The notes: generated from the sequence alone by a model not told the origin. A stretch of DNA of 64,000 nt from Andalucia godoyi And28 (GCA_009859145.1 VRVR01000036.1:200956-264955), one strand, 5' to 3'. Positions 37,521-50,900 are shown, counted from the first letter of the stretch. Numbers and translations are program-made.

Positions 37521-40508
37521 ATGAGTGAAGAAGTCGACGGAGTTGTTTTTGAGAGTCTTTGTGCGAATGCAAAGGACGCGGTCAGTCGAGCAGCGATTGA
37601 TCTCGTGAATACATTGCACAGAGATCAAAAAGTCGAGCTGCGGTCAACGGTTGCGCTTTGCACGAGGTTTCTGACTTTGGAACATGCATTCGAGTCAGTG
37701 CCGGTGTCATCGGTTGTGGTGTGCGACGATGCCGACCGCACGCTTTCCAACGCAGAAGTCGTGTCCTTGCTCCGAACGGCGGACAGAGTCTTGACGATGT
37801 TCATGGGGACGTACCTCACCATTGAACACTGCCCGTCGTACGGACAGGAAGTGCAGGTCACGTCGCACTGCGCTGTTCGAGCGTTTGTGCCGGCACAGCG
37901 AGATGGAATCGGGTCGATGAGCAGCGATGCCGTGCAGAGAGCGGAGGTCGACGCCATTACAAAGGGGTTCCATGTTGTTCCGGAGTGCGAAACGTACTTG
38001 ATGAACAGCGTGATCGCTCAGGTGCTTTCGGTCGTTCTTGACGAGCATGAGCAGCAGACTGAAAGGGCAGAGGTGTGCCCGGTGGTGCGAGCATTGACCA
38101 TTGTGTTTCAGCCGGCGTCGCTGGCGGTCCGGTGGACGGTGCGACTGAATTCGCAATGCAAAGCTCTTGATGGGCTCTCGTACAGGGACATGTTGCTGGA
38201 GACAATTTCAAACTCGGAGCCCCTGCACTCTGTTCGGAAGCGTCAAGAATGGGAGATGCTGTCGCAGGACCAGGCTCTTTTGCAGCGCCTTGGATTTACC
38301 GAGATTGGACTGGCAGCGTCAATTCGGAACAGAGTCGCGTTTCCCAATGGATCGTCTGATGATCCAGAGGTTCTCAACCGGCACTATGCCACCATTCGTG
38401 TGCTGCTCGACTGCGTCGATGTGGATCCCGCGGAAATGGTCTTTAGCAATCAAGGACGAGAATCTTTTGTTCTGAAGAGCAACCGGGACCACGAGGAAAG
38501 TAGCAGACAGACGCCACCTGCAGATGTTGCGCTTGCACTTGCGCTTGCGAACGAAGAAAACGGATTCTATGTACCGGTCATCTCACACCAAATGTCTTTC
38601 CATCCTGAGTGTTCGAAGCTCCTGTCCGTGACTGCCCGGATGGCCGTGTCCAGCTCCGAGCAGCCAACATTCACTCCTCTCGACTTTGCGATTTCTACCG
38701 CGAGAGGCTTGATGTGCATGCATCCCTTCGGGCGCTGGAAGATCCTGCAGTGCTCGGACCCGCCAGCCCTGGCGCAGACTTTGCGACGGGGCTCCGAGGA
38801 GCATCGACAGCTGTGCAAAGCCGTGGAGCATGCGACCCATGGTCTTGGCAGACTGGAAGACTGCGCAGCGGATTCCTTCCAGGTGCGCTTTGATGAGCAC
38901 AGATGCTGGAGCAGCAGCGACCTGCGAAATGCACTGCAGGTGCATTTTGACAGTTCTCGCTGCACGTTTTATCCCGTCTTGCACTGTACTGTCGACGTGC
39001 CCTCGCATCTAAGTGCCTGCTTGTCCTACAGGCGACGTTCGTACCGAAGATTCCTTGAAGCAGTTTGCAGAATGACAAGCAATATCTGGTCGAACCCGCA
39101 GCTAGCCACGGTCTCTTTGGAAAAGAAGAATACACAATCGGATTCAAAGAGCCGCAATCTGCGGATTCGTGTGGAGTCCGTGGACGTCGAGTTTTTGCAT
39201 CGCGTCGCGTTTCACGTATCGTCCATGTTTGCTATCCACACGGTCGCGGTGCCTGGATGTTTGTCTTCGGCGATCTACGATTCTGCGTTCACACGGTCCC
39301 TCGAGGACGAATTGGCGCCACTGGTTTCCAAACATGCAGATATTCTGTTCCTGCCTCCTCATGAAAACCAACTGTCGTTCGTTGCGGTGGGCATCGAAGC
39401 GGGCGTTGTTGCTGAGTTTTTGGAGTTCAAGAGCCAGCAGGCTCACAGAAGTGCATCGAGCGAATCGCACGCGCGAGATGCGCACAATCTGAACCAAGAG
39501 CTTTCTTGCTGTTTATCAGTCTGTGAGCCTGAAATGGTATCGGACAGAACCATTAAGCTTCCGTGCTCGCATACGGCGTGCCGGGCATGCTTGGCGGAGA
39601 CCATCGTCCGGTCCAGTCAAGACGTTTTGCTGGCTCAAAGACTGCATCTGTCATGCTCCTTGTGCCTCTCCGACATCCCTGCTACATTCCTGCCTCAAAT
39701 TGTTGGACCAGTCGTTCTTCAAAAGACAGCGGCGATGAGAGCTCGTGCTGCAGCCGCCGCGACCAAGAAAGCGGCTGTGGAGCAGGACGAACCCGCGACG
39801 TCAGATGGGGCATCTCCCTCCGTCCAATGGATCTCTGCTTTTGCTTGTCCTGGGGTGGATTGCTCGCGACTCTTGGTGTCCACGTCTTCTGCGCGAGTCT
39901 GCGAATGCTTGGACTGTGGCCAGCGAGTTTGTGTGCGATGTCAGCTTCCTGCGCATCCGGGAAGTCGGTGCGATGGTGCTCGGCGCTTCGTTGTGGTGGA
40001 GAAAGGGAAAACGAGATCGTGTCCGGGATGCGGATACTTCATTTTCCGCACTGCGGGTTGCAACCACATGACGTGTGCACTGTGCTCCACGGAATTTTGC
40101 TGGACGTGCGGATTTATCCACGAGCCGCATTTGGATGGTGGAAATCTGTTTGCGCACATTCCCAATTGCATTCAGGAAATGCGTCCGGAGAATGCCGAGT
40201 TTGAAAGGACTGCCGCCGCATCTCGTCGTAGATCTCGTCGCCAGAGGCCTCCCCGCGCCCCTCGCCAGCCGGTGGTCGATACTGCAGACGAAGATGCTGC
40301 CGATGTGTTCGATCTGCTGTTTGGCCCGTCTGGTCCCATGCACGTTGAAGCTCCCGTGGACCCTCTGGAGTCTGAGCAACCGATTTTAGACGAACAGCGG
40401 GATGCCGAGCCCGCGCATCAGTGGAACTTGTTTACCCAGGAAGATTATGTGCTCAGTACTTTGTTCCATACGCATTCAAGGGACCAGGAAATCATTGTAG
40501 GAAACTAA
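37521..40508 (+). CDS. RBR (RING1-IBR-RING2) E3 ubiquitin ligase with a long uncharacterised N-terminus
   Basis: PCSHTACRACL...CSLC (RING1); CPGVDC...CLDCGQRVCVRCQLPAHPGSRC (IBR); CPGC...GCNHMTCALCSTEFCWTC (RING2 with the catalytic Cys). Confidence 0.88.
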   Translation: MSEEVDGVVFESLCANAKDAVSRAAIDLVNTLHRDQKVELRSTVALCTRFLTLEHAFESVPVSSVVVCDDADRTLSNAEVVSLLRTADRVLTMFMGTYLTIEHCPSYGQEVQVTSHCAVRAFVPAQRDGIGSMSSDAVQRAEVDAITKGFHVVPECETYLMNSVIAQVLSVVLDEHEQQTERAEVCPVVRALTIVFQPASLAVRWTVRLNSQCKALDGLSYRDMLLETISNSEPLHSVRKRQEWEMLSQDQALLQRLGFTEIGLAASIRNRVAFPNGSSDDPEVLNRHYATIRVLLDCVDVDPAEMVFSNQGRESFVLKSNRDHEESSRQTPPADVALALALANEENGFYVPVISHQMSFHPECSKLLSVTARMAVSSSEQPTFTPLDFAISTARGLMCMHPFGRWKILQCSDPPALAQTLRRGSEEHRQLCKAVEHATHGLGRLEDCAADSFQVRFDEHRCWSSSDLRNALQVHFDSSRCTFYPVLHCTVDVPSHLSACLSYRRRSYRRFLEAVCRMTSNIWSNPQLATVSLEKKNTQSDSKSRNLRIRVESVDVEFLHRVAFHVSSMFAIHTVAVPGCLSSAIYDSAFTRSLEDELAPLVSKHADILFLPPHENQLSFVAVGIEAGVVAEFLEFKSQQAHRSASSESHARDAHNLNQELSCCLSVCEPEMVSDRTIKLPCSHTACRACLAETIVRSSQDVLLAQRLHLSCSLCLSDIPATFLPQIVGPVVLQKTAAMRARAAAAATKKAAVEQDEPATSDGASPSVQWISAFACPGVDCSRLLVSTSSARVCECLDCGQRVCVRCQLPAHPGSRCDGARRFVVVEKGKTRSCPGCGYFIFRTAGCNHMTCALCSTEFCWTCGFIHEPHLDGGNLFAHIPNCIQEMRPENAEFERTAAASRRRSRRQRPPRAPRQPVVDTADEDAADVFDLLFGPSGPMHVEAPVDPLESEQPILDEQRDAEPAHQWNLFTQEDYVLSTLFHTHSRDQEIIVGN

Positions 40509-40693
40509 GAAAGGTGCTACACAACAGCATTGGAAAGCCATCGATATTCAGGTAAAAAATATAAAGGAAGAATAAGAAGAAGAAGTTAAAAAGGAGGGGA
40601 AAAAAGTCTGCAATTTTAGGAACAAACTATATACAAACCAAAAATAATAATAATAATCAAAATAAAGAAGAAGTTGTTAATAAATCTAATGAA

Positions 40694-42001
40694 TCACCAG
40701 GAGTGGTGCGAGGCGGAAACATTTGAGAATTTTCTCGAATACGCAAGCGCCGATAAATGCGCGTATTGTCGGACCAGTTCATCGACATCGGGACCGGATA
40801 CACCGGCCACAGTGTCGTCCACCGATGACAGTGCCCTCGCATGGATGTGCTGCTCGTTCACAGGACCGTTCCACTTTTCACGGGGCGATGACACCTTTTG
40901 TGGATGATGATTCACATGCTTCTGCGAGATCCGAGCCCCTGGCGAGTACTTTGCATTGTCCTTGTTGGGAGATGAAGCGGCAGCGGGAGTATCGTCTGGG
41001 AAATCAGCAAAGTCATCAAGACCGTCACCGGGCGAAACCGTCGGCAATGACGAGTTTGTGAACGAATGAGAGGTGAGCGGTGTTGGCAAAGACAGGCCGG
41101 GAAACTTGGACGAAGAGGAAACAGACACCGAAGAGAGCGGTGGATGTGCGGATGTACCTGCACCAGTGTCATCATCGTCATCGAACCTGATATCGCCTTC
41201 TTCTTCTTCGTCGTCGTCTTCACCATCATAATCCTTCTTGCTCTTGGTAGCACCGATCGCGACAGCACGGGTACCATCTGTGCCATTGCCAAACGCGAAC
41301 ATGTCACCATTCTGCTCGTCTCCCCCCTCGTCCTCGTCGTCGTCGTCGAACCGCACCTTGTCACGCTCGTTGTCGGTATTCAAATGAGCAACATCGAAAA
41401 CCGCCGGCATCGTCGCGCTTCTCTGGTGCAATCGGAGGGCGAAGTTGAGGCCTCCATTTTCACCAGAAGCGAGATCGAGATCCGCTCTGAAGTCGCTGTC
41501 TGAAATCTTTCTCGGACGCGGCGAATTCCGAAAGGAGATGCTCGGATTCCTGGACTTCATTTTTGCTGCAAACTCCTTTAAACTTGACAATTCCTCCAGC
41601 AGCGACCGCGTCTTTGGCTGTCCATACAGCGATCCCATATCGATAGTGCTCGAGGTCGCAGTCCGCACATGGTTCTTTGTAACTTGGTCCAGCAGCCGCT
41701 CGGAACCAGACGATCTACGTCGTCGTGAAGAAGCGTGGCTGCCTCGCGCCGCAGCAACCAGGGCTTTGGACACGCCTGCAGACACGCCGTCAATTTTCCC
41801 TCGAATGTTCTTCAAATTCTCAACTTCCGTCGCACGCTGCTCTTGGACTGCCTTGACTGCCTCCACCAGCGCAGCATCGTTTTCAACAGATTTCGATAAT
41901 TTCGGTGGAATCGTAAATGTTTGTGTCGAATAGAAAAACGACGACACGAATGACACCAAAACAGACACTCGAGAAGACAAGAATGAAAGCAGCCAGAGCA
42001 T
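40694..42001 (-). CDS. Hypothetical Ser/Asp-rich, largely disordered protein with an N-terminal coiled coil (start uncertain)
   Basis: About 435-codon ORF with coding-like composition. The poly-Leu upstream of 42001 comes from an (AAC)n microsatellite. Confidence 0.55.
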   Translation of the reverse strand: MLWLLSFLSSRVSVLVSFVSSFFYSTQTFTIPPKLSKSVENDAALVEAVKAVQEQRATEVENLKNIRGKIDGVSAGVSKALVAAARGSHASSRRRRSSGSERLLDQVTKNHVRTATSSTIDMGSLYGQPKTRSLLEELSSLKEFAAKMKSRNPSISFRNSPRPRKISDSDFRADLDLASGENGGLNFALRLHQRSATMPAVFDVAHLNTDNERDKVRFDDDDEDEGGDEQNGDMFAFGNGTDGTRAVAIGATKSKKDYDGEDDDEEEEGDIRFDDDDDTGAGTSAHPPLSSVSVSSSSKFPGLSLPTPLTSHSFTNSSLPTVSPGDGLDDFADFPDDTPAAASSPNKDNAKYSPGARISQKHVNHHPQKVSSPREKWNGPVNEQHIHARALSSVDDTVAGVSGPDVDELVRQYAHLSALAYSRKFSNVSASHHSW

Positions 42002-42013
42002 ATTTGTGGAAAG

Positions 42014-42014
42014 C

Positions 42015-42054
<40 letters not shown>

Positions 42055-42094
42055 GCAACAACAGCAACAACAACAACAGCAACAACAACAACAA
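42014..42094. repeat. (AAC/AGC)n microsatellite
   Basis: Directly visible. Confidence 0.9.
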
Positions 42095-42633
42095 ACAAGA
42101 AACCCAATAATAATAATAATCAATATCAATATTAATAGCAAGTTAAAAGAGGAAAATATAAAAATGTTCTAATATTTTTTTGCGATCGAATCCTTTTTTT
42201 TTTTTTTTGTGTTTTTGTTATGTTTTGAAAAAACAAAAAACAACCAACAAATATGTGAGATATATTACGAGCGAATTGGCAGCACGGACAAGAATGATAT
42301 TAAACAACTAAAACAAGGGGAAAAGAAAACAGAATAAAAAATGAATTAATAAAGAGATGGGTATGTGTATATAATAGTATGATACATTAGAAGAAGAAGA
42401 AGAAGAAGAAGACGACGACGACAAAGAGAAGTGGACGTTTGCCCAATCAAAAGAAAGACGGAGAAAACGAATGGGAAAAGGTGACTTTGCGACAACTTGC
42501 GACTTGCAGTTGTTTGAGACTTGAGATTTGATGCAAGACGTGTGGATCGTCGAATGCTTGTTATTATTATATGGTTTTCTTTTCTTTTTTTCCAATTTCT
42601 GGTCATTATTATTATTTGCGGAAAGCGCATTCA

Positions 42634-42639
<6 letters not shown>

Positions 42640-42686
<47 letters not shown>
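42640..42686. repeat. (GA)n microsatellite immediately before the CASP ATG
   Basis: Directly visible. Confidence 0.95.
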
Positions 42687-42687
<1 letters not shown>

Positions 42688-42690
<3 letters not shown>

Positions 42691-44424
42691 GCGACGTTGC
42701 AAGAGACGCTGTTTTCTCTTGCAAAGTCATGGCAGCAGATTGACTTGGTATCGGTGCGATCTGAACTTGATAAGGTTGGCGGGTCGATTGCAGAGGCACA
42801 TGAACGTGGGAAGAATGCACGAAAGCAGCTTGCTGAATCGACGAAGGAGGCTCGGAAGCAGTTTCCAGATGCGATGAAGAGCATCAATTCGCTTGTGAAG
42901 GAGTACCAAGATGAAATTGATCATCTTACGAAGCGCGCGAAACAAGCGGAAACGTCGTTTTTGGGTGCGTACGAGGCACTCAGTGCGATACAGGATCCTT
43001 CGGCAGTGCTCATGAGTGTAGCAGAAGTAGTGGGGGAAGTGAAGGATCTGAAGAACCAAGAGTCAGCCGTCCGGAGGCTTGAAGAAGAGCTCAAAGACGC
43101 GAAAGAAGCGGTGTACCAAGAGATGGAGTCCTTGTTTGCGGATCGCGAAAAGTCGCTCATGATGCAGCTTTCGGACTTGCAGAAGCGGTACGCAGCTACA
43201 GAAAACCAGCTGTTTATGCTCCGATCCACCCTGGAAAAAGCAGAAGAGTCGGGCAAAAGCAGAGTGGAGTACATGGAGGATCAGCTGCGAAATGCCGAGG
43301 AGGAGCTGGCGGCGCTGCGATCCATGCATGGGCGGTCGCATAGTGGAGGGTCCGATGCGGCTGGTGCGGATGGGTCCGTGGGGAGGCTTGGGTATGAAAG
43401 AGAACTTGAGAGTGCACGGAGAGAAACCGAGGCCGAACTGGAACGCAAGGAAACGGAGTTGGGATCGCTGCGACAGTATGTCTCGAAGCTCGAAAATGAT
43501 CTTGCAAAGGAAAAAATTGAAGCCAAGCATCGCGACAGAAGTTTGCAGAGCGAGATTGGGAAAATCCAGTTTGAACTGAGCCAGTCTCGACAGGAAGTCC
43601 AGCTGCTGCGATCGCAAAAGGACGAAGCAGATGCGCTGCGAAAGCGGCTGGCGATGTTCCAGTCTCTTCACGGAGTGCTGCAGGGCGGCGGAGGGGATGT
43701 AGAGGAAGTAGACTTTGCCGATACCATCTCCGAAACAGGCTCGGTTCTCAGCATCGCTGCATCTGAACACCAGTTTCAACAGCAGAAGAAGAAGATTGCT
43801 CAACTAGAAAGCGAGCTTGTTCGGTATCGCATTGCAAGCACATCGGTGACCGAAGAACTGAGTCAGGTGAAGCGAGATCGAGAGCTGCGAGTGTCCGAGC
43901 TCTCCGCGTGTAAGGACCTCATTAAGCGGCTCGAAGACGATATGGCGACTCTGCGATCTGCGACGGTGTCTGTATCGGAGGACCAGACTGCCCGCCAAAC
44001 GGAGATTCTAACGGCGCAGCGAGATCGTTTGAAGCAGCGTGTCGTCCAGCTTGAGCAGGAAGCGATGGATCTCCAAGAAGAATTTCGAAGACGTGATGCA
44101 CAGATTGATATTCTCAAGGGAGAGAATGCCCGGTTGTCAGATCGCCTCCGTGGAGGCACGGGGCCTGGCCTTGGGGTCGGAGCTGCATCATCCTCATCCT
44201 CGTCGTCATCTTCTGCATCTGCGTTCCTGTCAGCTCTTGACTTTTCGAGCTTCCTGAGCAGTGCTTCTGGAGGAACTCGTGGTGGCAACAGTGGAGGTGG
44301 TCTGTCATCGGATCGAAGGCTCCGGTATTTTCTGACTGTGTACATTCTGTTGCTCCACTTGTTTGTCATGTACGTCGTCATGCGATTCATCCATGCTTCA
44401 ACTCCACAGGTCCCTCCTCGATAG
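42688..44424 (+). CDS. CASP/CUX1-like (Coy1) golgin
   Basis: W..IDL..VRSELD...I......ARKQL..STKE...LVKEYQ.EID.LTKRAK.AE.SFL.AY..L....DP is the CASP N-terminus. It is followed by a long coiled coil, QRDRLKQRV.QLE, and a C-terminal TM YILLLHLFVMYV with the conserved Tyr and His. Confidence 0.88.
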
Positions 44425-44901
44425 TTGTGCACATCATCAATTAAAATAAATAAAACAAAAGGTGAGAGAGAAAAGTAATAAAAAAAAAAAAGAAGAAATG
44501 CTCCAAGACTGGTCATTCCCGTTCCACCAGATGCCCCACGCAGTTTCACCGTCGTTCTGCGGGGACAGCTCTTCCTTCATTGCGCAGATTTCATCCGCGA
44601 AAATTTCCCGCTCTCGATCGAATTCCTTTCAAAACAGGCAAATAAACAGAATTTTTTTCAAGAAAACCAAAAAAATATAAATATAAATTGTTTTTTCTAA
44701 TTAATAAAACAACAACAAAAAGCAAATAACAAACCAACAAAACAACATCTCGCAGATCCTCGCATCTCCATTTTCTGTCTTTCCTTCTTTCCTTCCTGCT
44801 ATTCTGGTTGCTCCATAGACGGATAAATATGAAGTTTGAAGGAGGTGAGAGAGAACGAGAAAAGTATTAATACAGAAACTGGAAAAACAACAACCTTCCG
44901 C

Positions 44902-47900
44902 ATGACTGGCGCTCGAGATGCAGCAAAGAGTCGTTTAAAGACGCTCCACGACTACTTTTCGAGGTTTCCAGTGTTTGCGGATCTTTTGGAGGACCATGTT
45001 CGTTCCAAGTTCATCAACCAGTCGCTGTACCTGTCTGCATTCGTGGTCGTCTTGTCCTTTCTGTTCTATGCGGTTTTACAGGATCCTTCTGCATTCTACG
45101 GCAAACAAGAAGCTTCCAAGATCATTATCTATGGAAATCCATTTCAAAGCATTGCTACGCTTGGGAGACCGGTACGAACGATCAATCCAGACGAGACCAT
45201 GATCGTGCGCGTAGTGAATACGCAAGGTTTGGGAGTCCCGCAGAAACGAGTTGCGATCAATGCAGTGATCCGCCACGGGTCGCTCAAGCATTCGTATGCT
45301 TACTTTCCAGGCTCTTACGCGTTCGGGAGCCTGTGCAGTTGGACGTCTGCCGTCGATTACATTGACCGGCTTCGATTTGAGCGTGTTTGTCAGGCGCTAG
45401 TCGAGCCGGGGTTTTTGGTCACGGACGATGACGGGACGATCGAAATTGGAGCCTTTTCGGTCTCTTCTGCGTTTGAAGGATTGTTTGACATTTATTTTGC
45501 GGTCGATGGTGTTGCTTCGGATCCGTTTTCGGTGTCCTTCCATTCTCCGGTGCAGAGAATTGTGTTGCGGACGATCCCATATCAGGATGCGACTGAGCAA
45601 GACGCAGACGACGATTGGACCCAGCTCGCGTCTGCAATCAGCAACTTGCCCGCTTCCCTCCTTCTCGGATCCGCAGTTCCAGATGATCAGCTGCCATTCG
45701 TTTGTTTGCTGGATTCGTCTGCGAAGCCCATTCCGAAAACTCGAGTCGTTTTGTATTCGTATGCACCCAGTCCAGCACCGGGAATCAATCTTGTGGATTC
45801 AGTGCTGCTCGAAGAACAACCATCGCAATTACAGATTGTGAGTTGGACGCCAGTGCCAGACGAAATGCTGTTTCTTCTTTCTCCTGGGAATTTGCAACGG
45901 CTTGCTGTGTTTGAGAATGATTTCGGCATGACGGATGAAACGGGGTGTGTGAAACTCACAGGGTTGACGATGGTGTCAGCTGACCATGATCGAACCTTTT
46001 TGGGCGTCGTTGCTGGTGGATTATCCTCGTTACTGAACCCGGTTGCACCGATTTCGGTAGTTTCGCAGCTTTCCGGTGCAGATTGCCGCTTGGTGCCTCT
46101 GTGGAGCGGAGTTGTCTTGGCCACACAAGGTGTTCAAATTTTACCCGCACTGCGTGTGCGACTCGTGTGCAATGCGTCTCTCCAAGGAGTCTCCCTGCAA
46201 GGTGCAATGGTCTCTGCCCACATCCACGCAGTCGACCAATTCGAATTGTCGTTTGGCTTCAAACCATCTCTGCAATCTGCATTTGCCCTTCCCTCTGTTC
46301 AACTGGAGAATTCTGTGGCATACACAGATGAAGACGGAATCGCCTCCTTCTCGCAGTTGCTTGTGTCAGACGGTGGCGGTTTCAAGACCGCGCGGCTCGC
46401 GTTCTCGTGCGCATCCGCGCCGACTCTTTTCATTTCGGCTGATCAAGAAATCCATTTGATAAGTCGTGTCCGGCAAATTAACTTCGTTCCAGATGGCGGA
46501 AGCAAGTTTCCCGTTGAAGTCTCGTTGTACTCTGCGTTCCAGGTCCCCGGGTTGTTCAAAGTAACAGACAGTCAGGGATCAGCGGTGGAATCCCTGCCAT
46601 TTCTCGTTCGATATGCGGCGCCAGCAGCTCCCGTTTCGGCGACAGATTCGATTGACGTTCTGGATTTGGATTACGTGGCCCTTGCTCAAGGATACAGAAT
46701 CTCCGTCATGGTGCTTGCTGCAGAGTTGCACACCGTGTACAGCCTGGAAGTGTCAGTCGATGAAGGAGTGACGTGGTTCGGGTTTCCCGAGCTGCAGATT
46801 ACGGTGATTGCCAACGCAGATGTGATGTCTTCGAACCCAGAGTATGTCCAGAGTTGCTCATCATCTGGCCGTGGCATCCCAGTGTATCCCCACATGGTTT
46901 CCGCAGGGTTGCGAATGAATCGGACGATACATTATCCACTCGATCGTGACCCTCATTCTCACTTGCTTCTTGACGGCTGGTTCGATTCCTGCGGGTACTT
47001 GACCCACAATTTGTCGGCGTATCCAACACTCTACCGGTTTTTTGCGCGGGAATTTGGGATTCTCTTTTCCTCGCGCTCGCAAAAGACGAACGAGCTGGTG
47101 GTTTCCGCATTTCAGGAGTCATGGTTCGATAGTGGCCCGTCGTCCGATGTGACGGTCTTTGACAAAGAGCGGTCAGATGTGACCTTTGGAAGCGGAGTGC
47201 TGTTGGAATCCTTCGTTCCCGACCGACTGTTCCAAGCGCTGTTTCTCTCCAACATTGCAGTTCCGCAGTTTTCGTCGAAGACATCCGGTTTGGACGATCT
47301 GTTCGGCCGGTCCTTCCCTTCGTCCCCATCTCGCTGGTTCGCGATGAAAGCTGGAATCTTGGAAGTCTCCGCTGTCTCTGTTTTGAGTTCAAACGATGGA
47401 TTTACCCAGAACGTGTCCATACGTGCCAACTTCGCAGATGGGTTCAACACAAGCGCAGTCCAAAAAGGGATACAGTGTTGGCTAGTCACAGTGTCCCGTC
47501 CACTGTACTATGATTTGCTCCTCTCTGTGTCTTCCGATGTTTTTAACAACCAGTGGAACGGTGCCGCGTCTCTGCTGGATGCTCCGGCAGTTACTCTGCA
47601 TCAGACCATGGATGCAGGGTCTTCCATGTGTGCCTTCTCCTGGAGATGTCCCATTGGTTCTCCCGGCGTGTACTGGCTGTCTCCGCAAGTCGAGACGGTG
47701 CCTGGGGAACCCATTCAGGTGAATTGTCGGAATCGTGTTTCGTTCAATGTTTCCGGCGATGGACCCGCGGAAATTCAAATTGGAAAGGCGTTTTCATTTG
47801 AAATCGCCATCACCTCTGATGCTCAGTCACCTGTCGTGGCGAGCTTGTTTGTGAAAGTCTTCTCCTTGATGCACAATTCTTCGTATCCTTTGGCCACCGA

Positions 47901-50900
47901 GTCTCTTCCCATACGGCATCTCCTGCCCTGCGCCTTCCAGAGCAACGGACTAGCGGTTTGCACGGTGGCGGTGCTTCCTCGCGAAGATGTCTTGGAAACG
48001 GACGTGGTCTCCGTCCAAATCGTGTACGCCCCATTCACGGAATCTGCGATTGAGCAAGAAGCCTTCAGAACCGTTCTTGCGAACCTCTCTCCGTCCATGT
48101 ATTCGATGTCGTTTTTTGGACAGGATCCTGCCGACTCCATCTCTCTTATACCAGGCTTGACAGTTGCACAGCCGTTTTCTGTATGCTTGTCGTCCGACGT
48201 TACGTTTTTGTCTTTCTGGTTTGCACCGCAGGTTACCCTGCACGCTGTGGATTCGAGCCGAGAGGAATTCTCGTCCAATCTTCGGTACACATTTGTCACA
48301 CACGATAATGAGGATATGAGATCCCCTCTTCTTGTGTATGGCAGCGGTGTTACTCGCCTATGTGCCAACTTTCGAGTCGTCATTACGGCGTCCTCGGACC
48401 AAAATCTGCGCATGTGCTCCCGCTACAGCAGTGTGAATTCCTCTTGTCTGAGCATTGTACTTTCGAGTTCTGTTCGGTTCGCCAGTCTTGGGGTTCAATC
48501 TGGGTGGTCCTATTCCGATCTTTACGGAATGCTGCCAGTCCAACTTTCGGTGCCGTCATTTGAGGTTGGCGATCGCATTCCTATTATTGTCAGGGCTTTG
48601 CAATTGGGCTCTTTTGTCAACGCCAGTTACGTTTCCAAAGATTTGGTGTTGAACTTCCCGAACCTCCCGGCTCCGGTGGCCAATGCCAAAATAGTCTTGT
48701 ACCCTGTCTATTGCGGGGCGTCTCTCTTTTCCTCTGATTTGGTTCTTGCCGCGAAGCAATGTGCAAGCATCAATGTCGGAGATGTTGGAAGCATTGTTCG
48801 GAATGGGAATGTGGAGTTTCCGTCGAGCTCGAACATTAACTTCACGAGCGAGGTAACGCTGACGACTTACCCCTTTTCTGTGAACGATTTTTCCGAGTTT
48901 GGCACGGCGCAGTTCACGTCGTTTGCGCTGACTGCAGGGATGCAAGGGTATTACTCGATCTTGAGCATTGTGGAGGGTTCTCTCGTGCGTTCTCTTCCGT
49001 ACTTAATTTATTTGCATAATGCTGTCCAGTCTGTCACAGTCGGGCCCTTCTCGGGATCCTATCCCAGCCGCATTACATCCGCAGGGCGCCAGACTTTGGA
49101 TCCTCCTATCTATATTTTCCTTACGGGAGAAGCCGGAAATTCCTCCATGGCGGGATTCGCAGCCCGAATCCGTTTCTCGGTGACCTCCTGCCACGAATTT
49201 TCCAAGCTTTGTTTTGTTTCGCCTCCGACGCTGGTCACACCGCCTTCCGACGATGGTGGCATGATCGTCGTTTCTGATATTGACATCCCAGCTTCTTCCT
49301 ACGGTGAATATGATGTTGTGGTGTCTGTGAATGGAGTTCAAGCGAGCACATTTTCAATGGTAATCCAGAATTCTGCAACTGTGGATTTGGGTTCTATCAG
49401 CGAGTTCAAATTATTCTCTCTGTTTCTCATGGTGCTGCTGATTCCGCAGTTCATGGCCAACGTTGATTCTTCGAAGCGCTGGCTGCTGGTCTGTGGCGTG
49501 GTTGTCTCTGCACTTATCTTTGTGTTGCTCATCGTGTTTGCATTCAAAGACGTTTTCTATCCTTCTTCCCTGCCTCTCCATGCGGTCTATCTAGATTATG
49601 CTCTTCGATGGGTTGCCGTTCTGTTACTACTGGGAATCTTCCTTGGATTTTGCTTTCGGCTGTTGATGTCCTTCTCGGCGAAATCGTGCGATGCAACGGC
49701 AACGCAGACATCCCTTTGGTCTTCCAAGCTGCACGTTCAACAGCTGCTGCGGAATCGCAGTTCCTCTTTGGGACGTCAAGGGAACGAACAAGATTGGCTG
49801 TTGGGGAAGCCGTCTCCAGTGCACGTGAATGCGGGGCGTTCCCATCCTACCGTGCTTGTTTTGCAACTCCGCTTGTGGATGAATACCGCCAAATTTCGAT
49901 TGTCTCGCTTGCGCAAGTTTGTTTTCCCGCAGCGCCTTTGGTTGTCATTTCTGCTGTCCTGTTTCTTTTTCGTTCTTTCCATGGCTTGCATGTATATTCT
50001 TTACCTCTGGGAAAAGTTCATCGTCGTGTCTGTGTTCAATTATTATATCGATCGCTTTTATGTGCTGACCGCTGGATCAGCACAAAACACGTTCGAAAAC
50101 CTGTTCTTTCCGGGATCCTATCCGACCTCGGGAACTCCCACGAACGACGCGTCGGGCTTTCCGTTCTTGCATGATTTCATCTTGATGCTTCTTGGACGCG
50201 CGCATGATGTTTCCGAGTTCTACCACCAAGTATTAGTCGGTCTGCGGACTGCGTTCTGGGTGGCCGCTTCCATGGCGTCACTTTTCTTTGTCTGCTGTTG
50301 GTTCTGCATCTTCATCCTTTTTGAATGTCGAGTGCAAAACATGCGGCGCGGCGTCTATTTCTTTCGAAGAGGCGTCTTTCAGACTGCGATTCTCCGAGCG
50401 CCTCAGTACGTTGGGTTCCACGTGAGCTCTTCTCTTGTGTCCGGGCTCTTGTGCTTTGGGACTGTTTGGCTGTTGATTTTCCTGCTTTGCTTTCCTGCTG
50501 TTCGCCACTGGGTCGTCGACTATCTAGTTCCGTTGATTGTCATTTACTTCCTGACAAACGTCCTTTTTTTGCTGTTCATCACGTTTGTTGCCTCCAAATT
50601 CCTTGTGTGCGGAAACGACCTTCGACATCGCCGTATATTTGCTGGATATGATTTTGCGATGACAATGCTTGGAATCATCTTTGGAGTCTTTTCTGCAGTG
50701 CGCCAACTGATCCAGGGTCTCGCATTGATCATCTTTTACATGATGCGAATCGACTTGTGTCCTGCCGATGATTCGCGAGCCTCCGTGATGACACCGTATT
50801 CGTCGTATGTAGGAATGACATACGCTTTTCATTATTTGCAGAACGCTGTTCTTGTTGTGTTTCTGGATGCTATTTCAAAATCTCAGAACTTCGCAGATGG

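Noticed and set aside
42571-42687. N-terminal extensions called by the ORF track (ERERER on CASP, poly-Leu on 40694-42094 and 12046-15054, extensions on MAT and TBC)
   Set aside because: They are translations of microsatellites or AT-rich UTR; homology starts at downstream ATGs.
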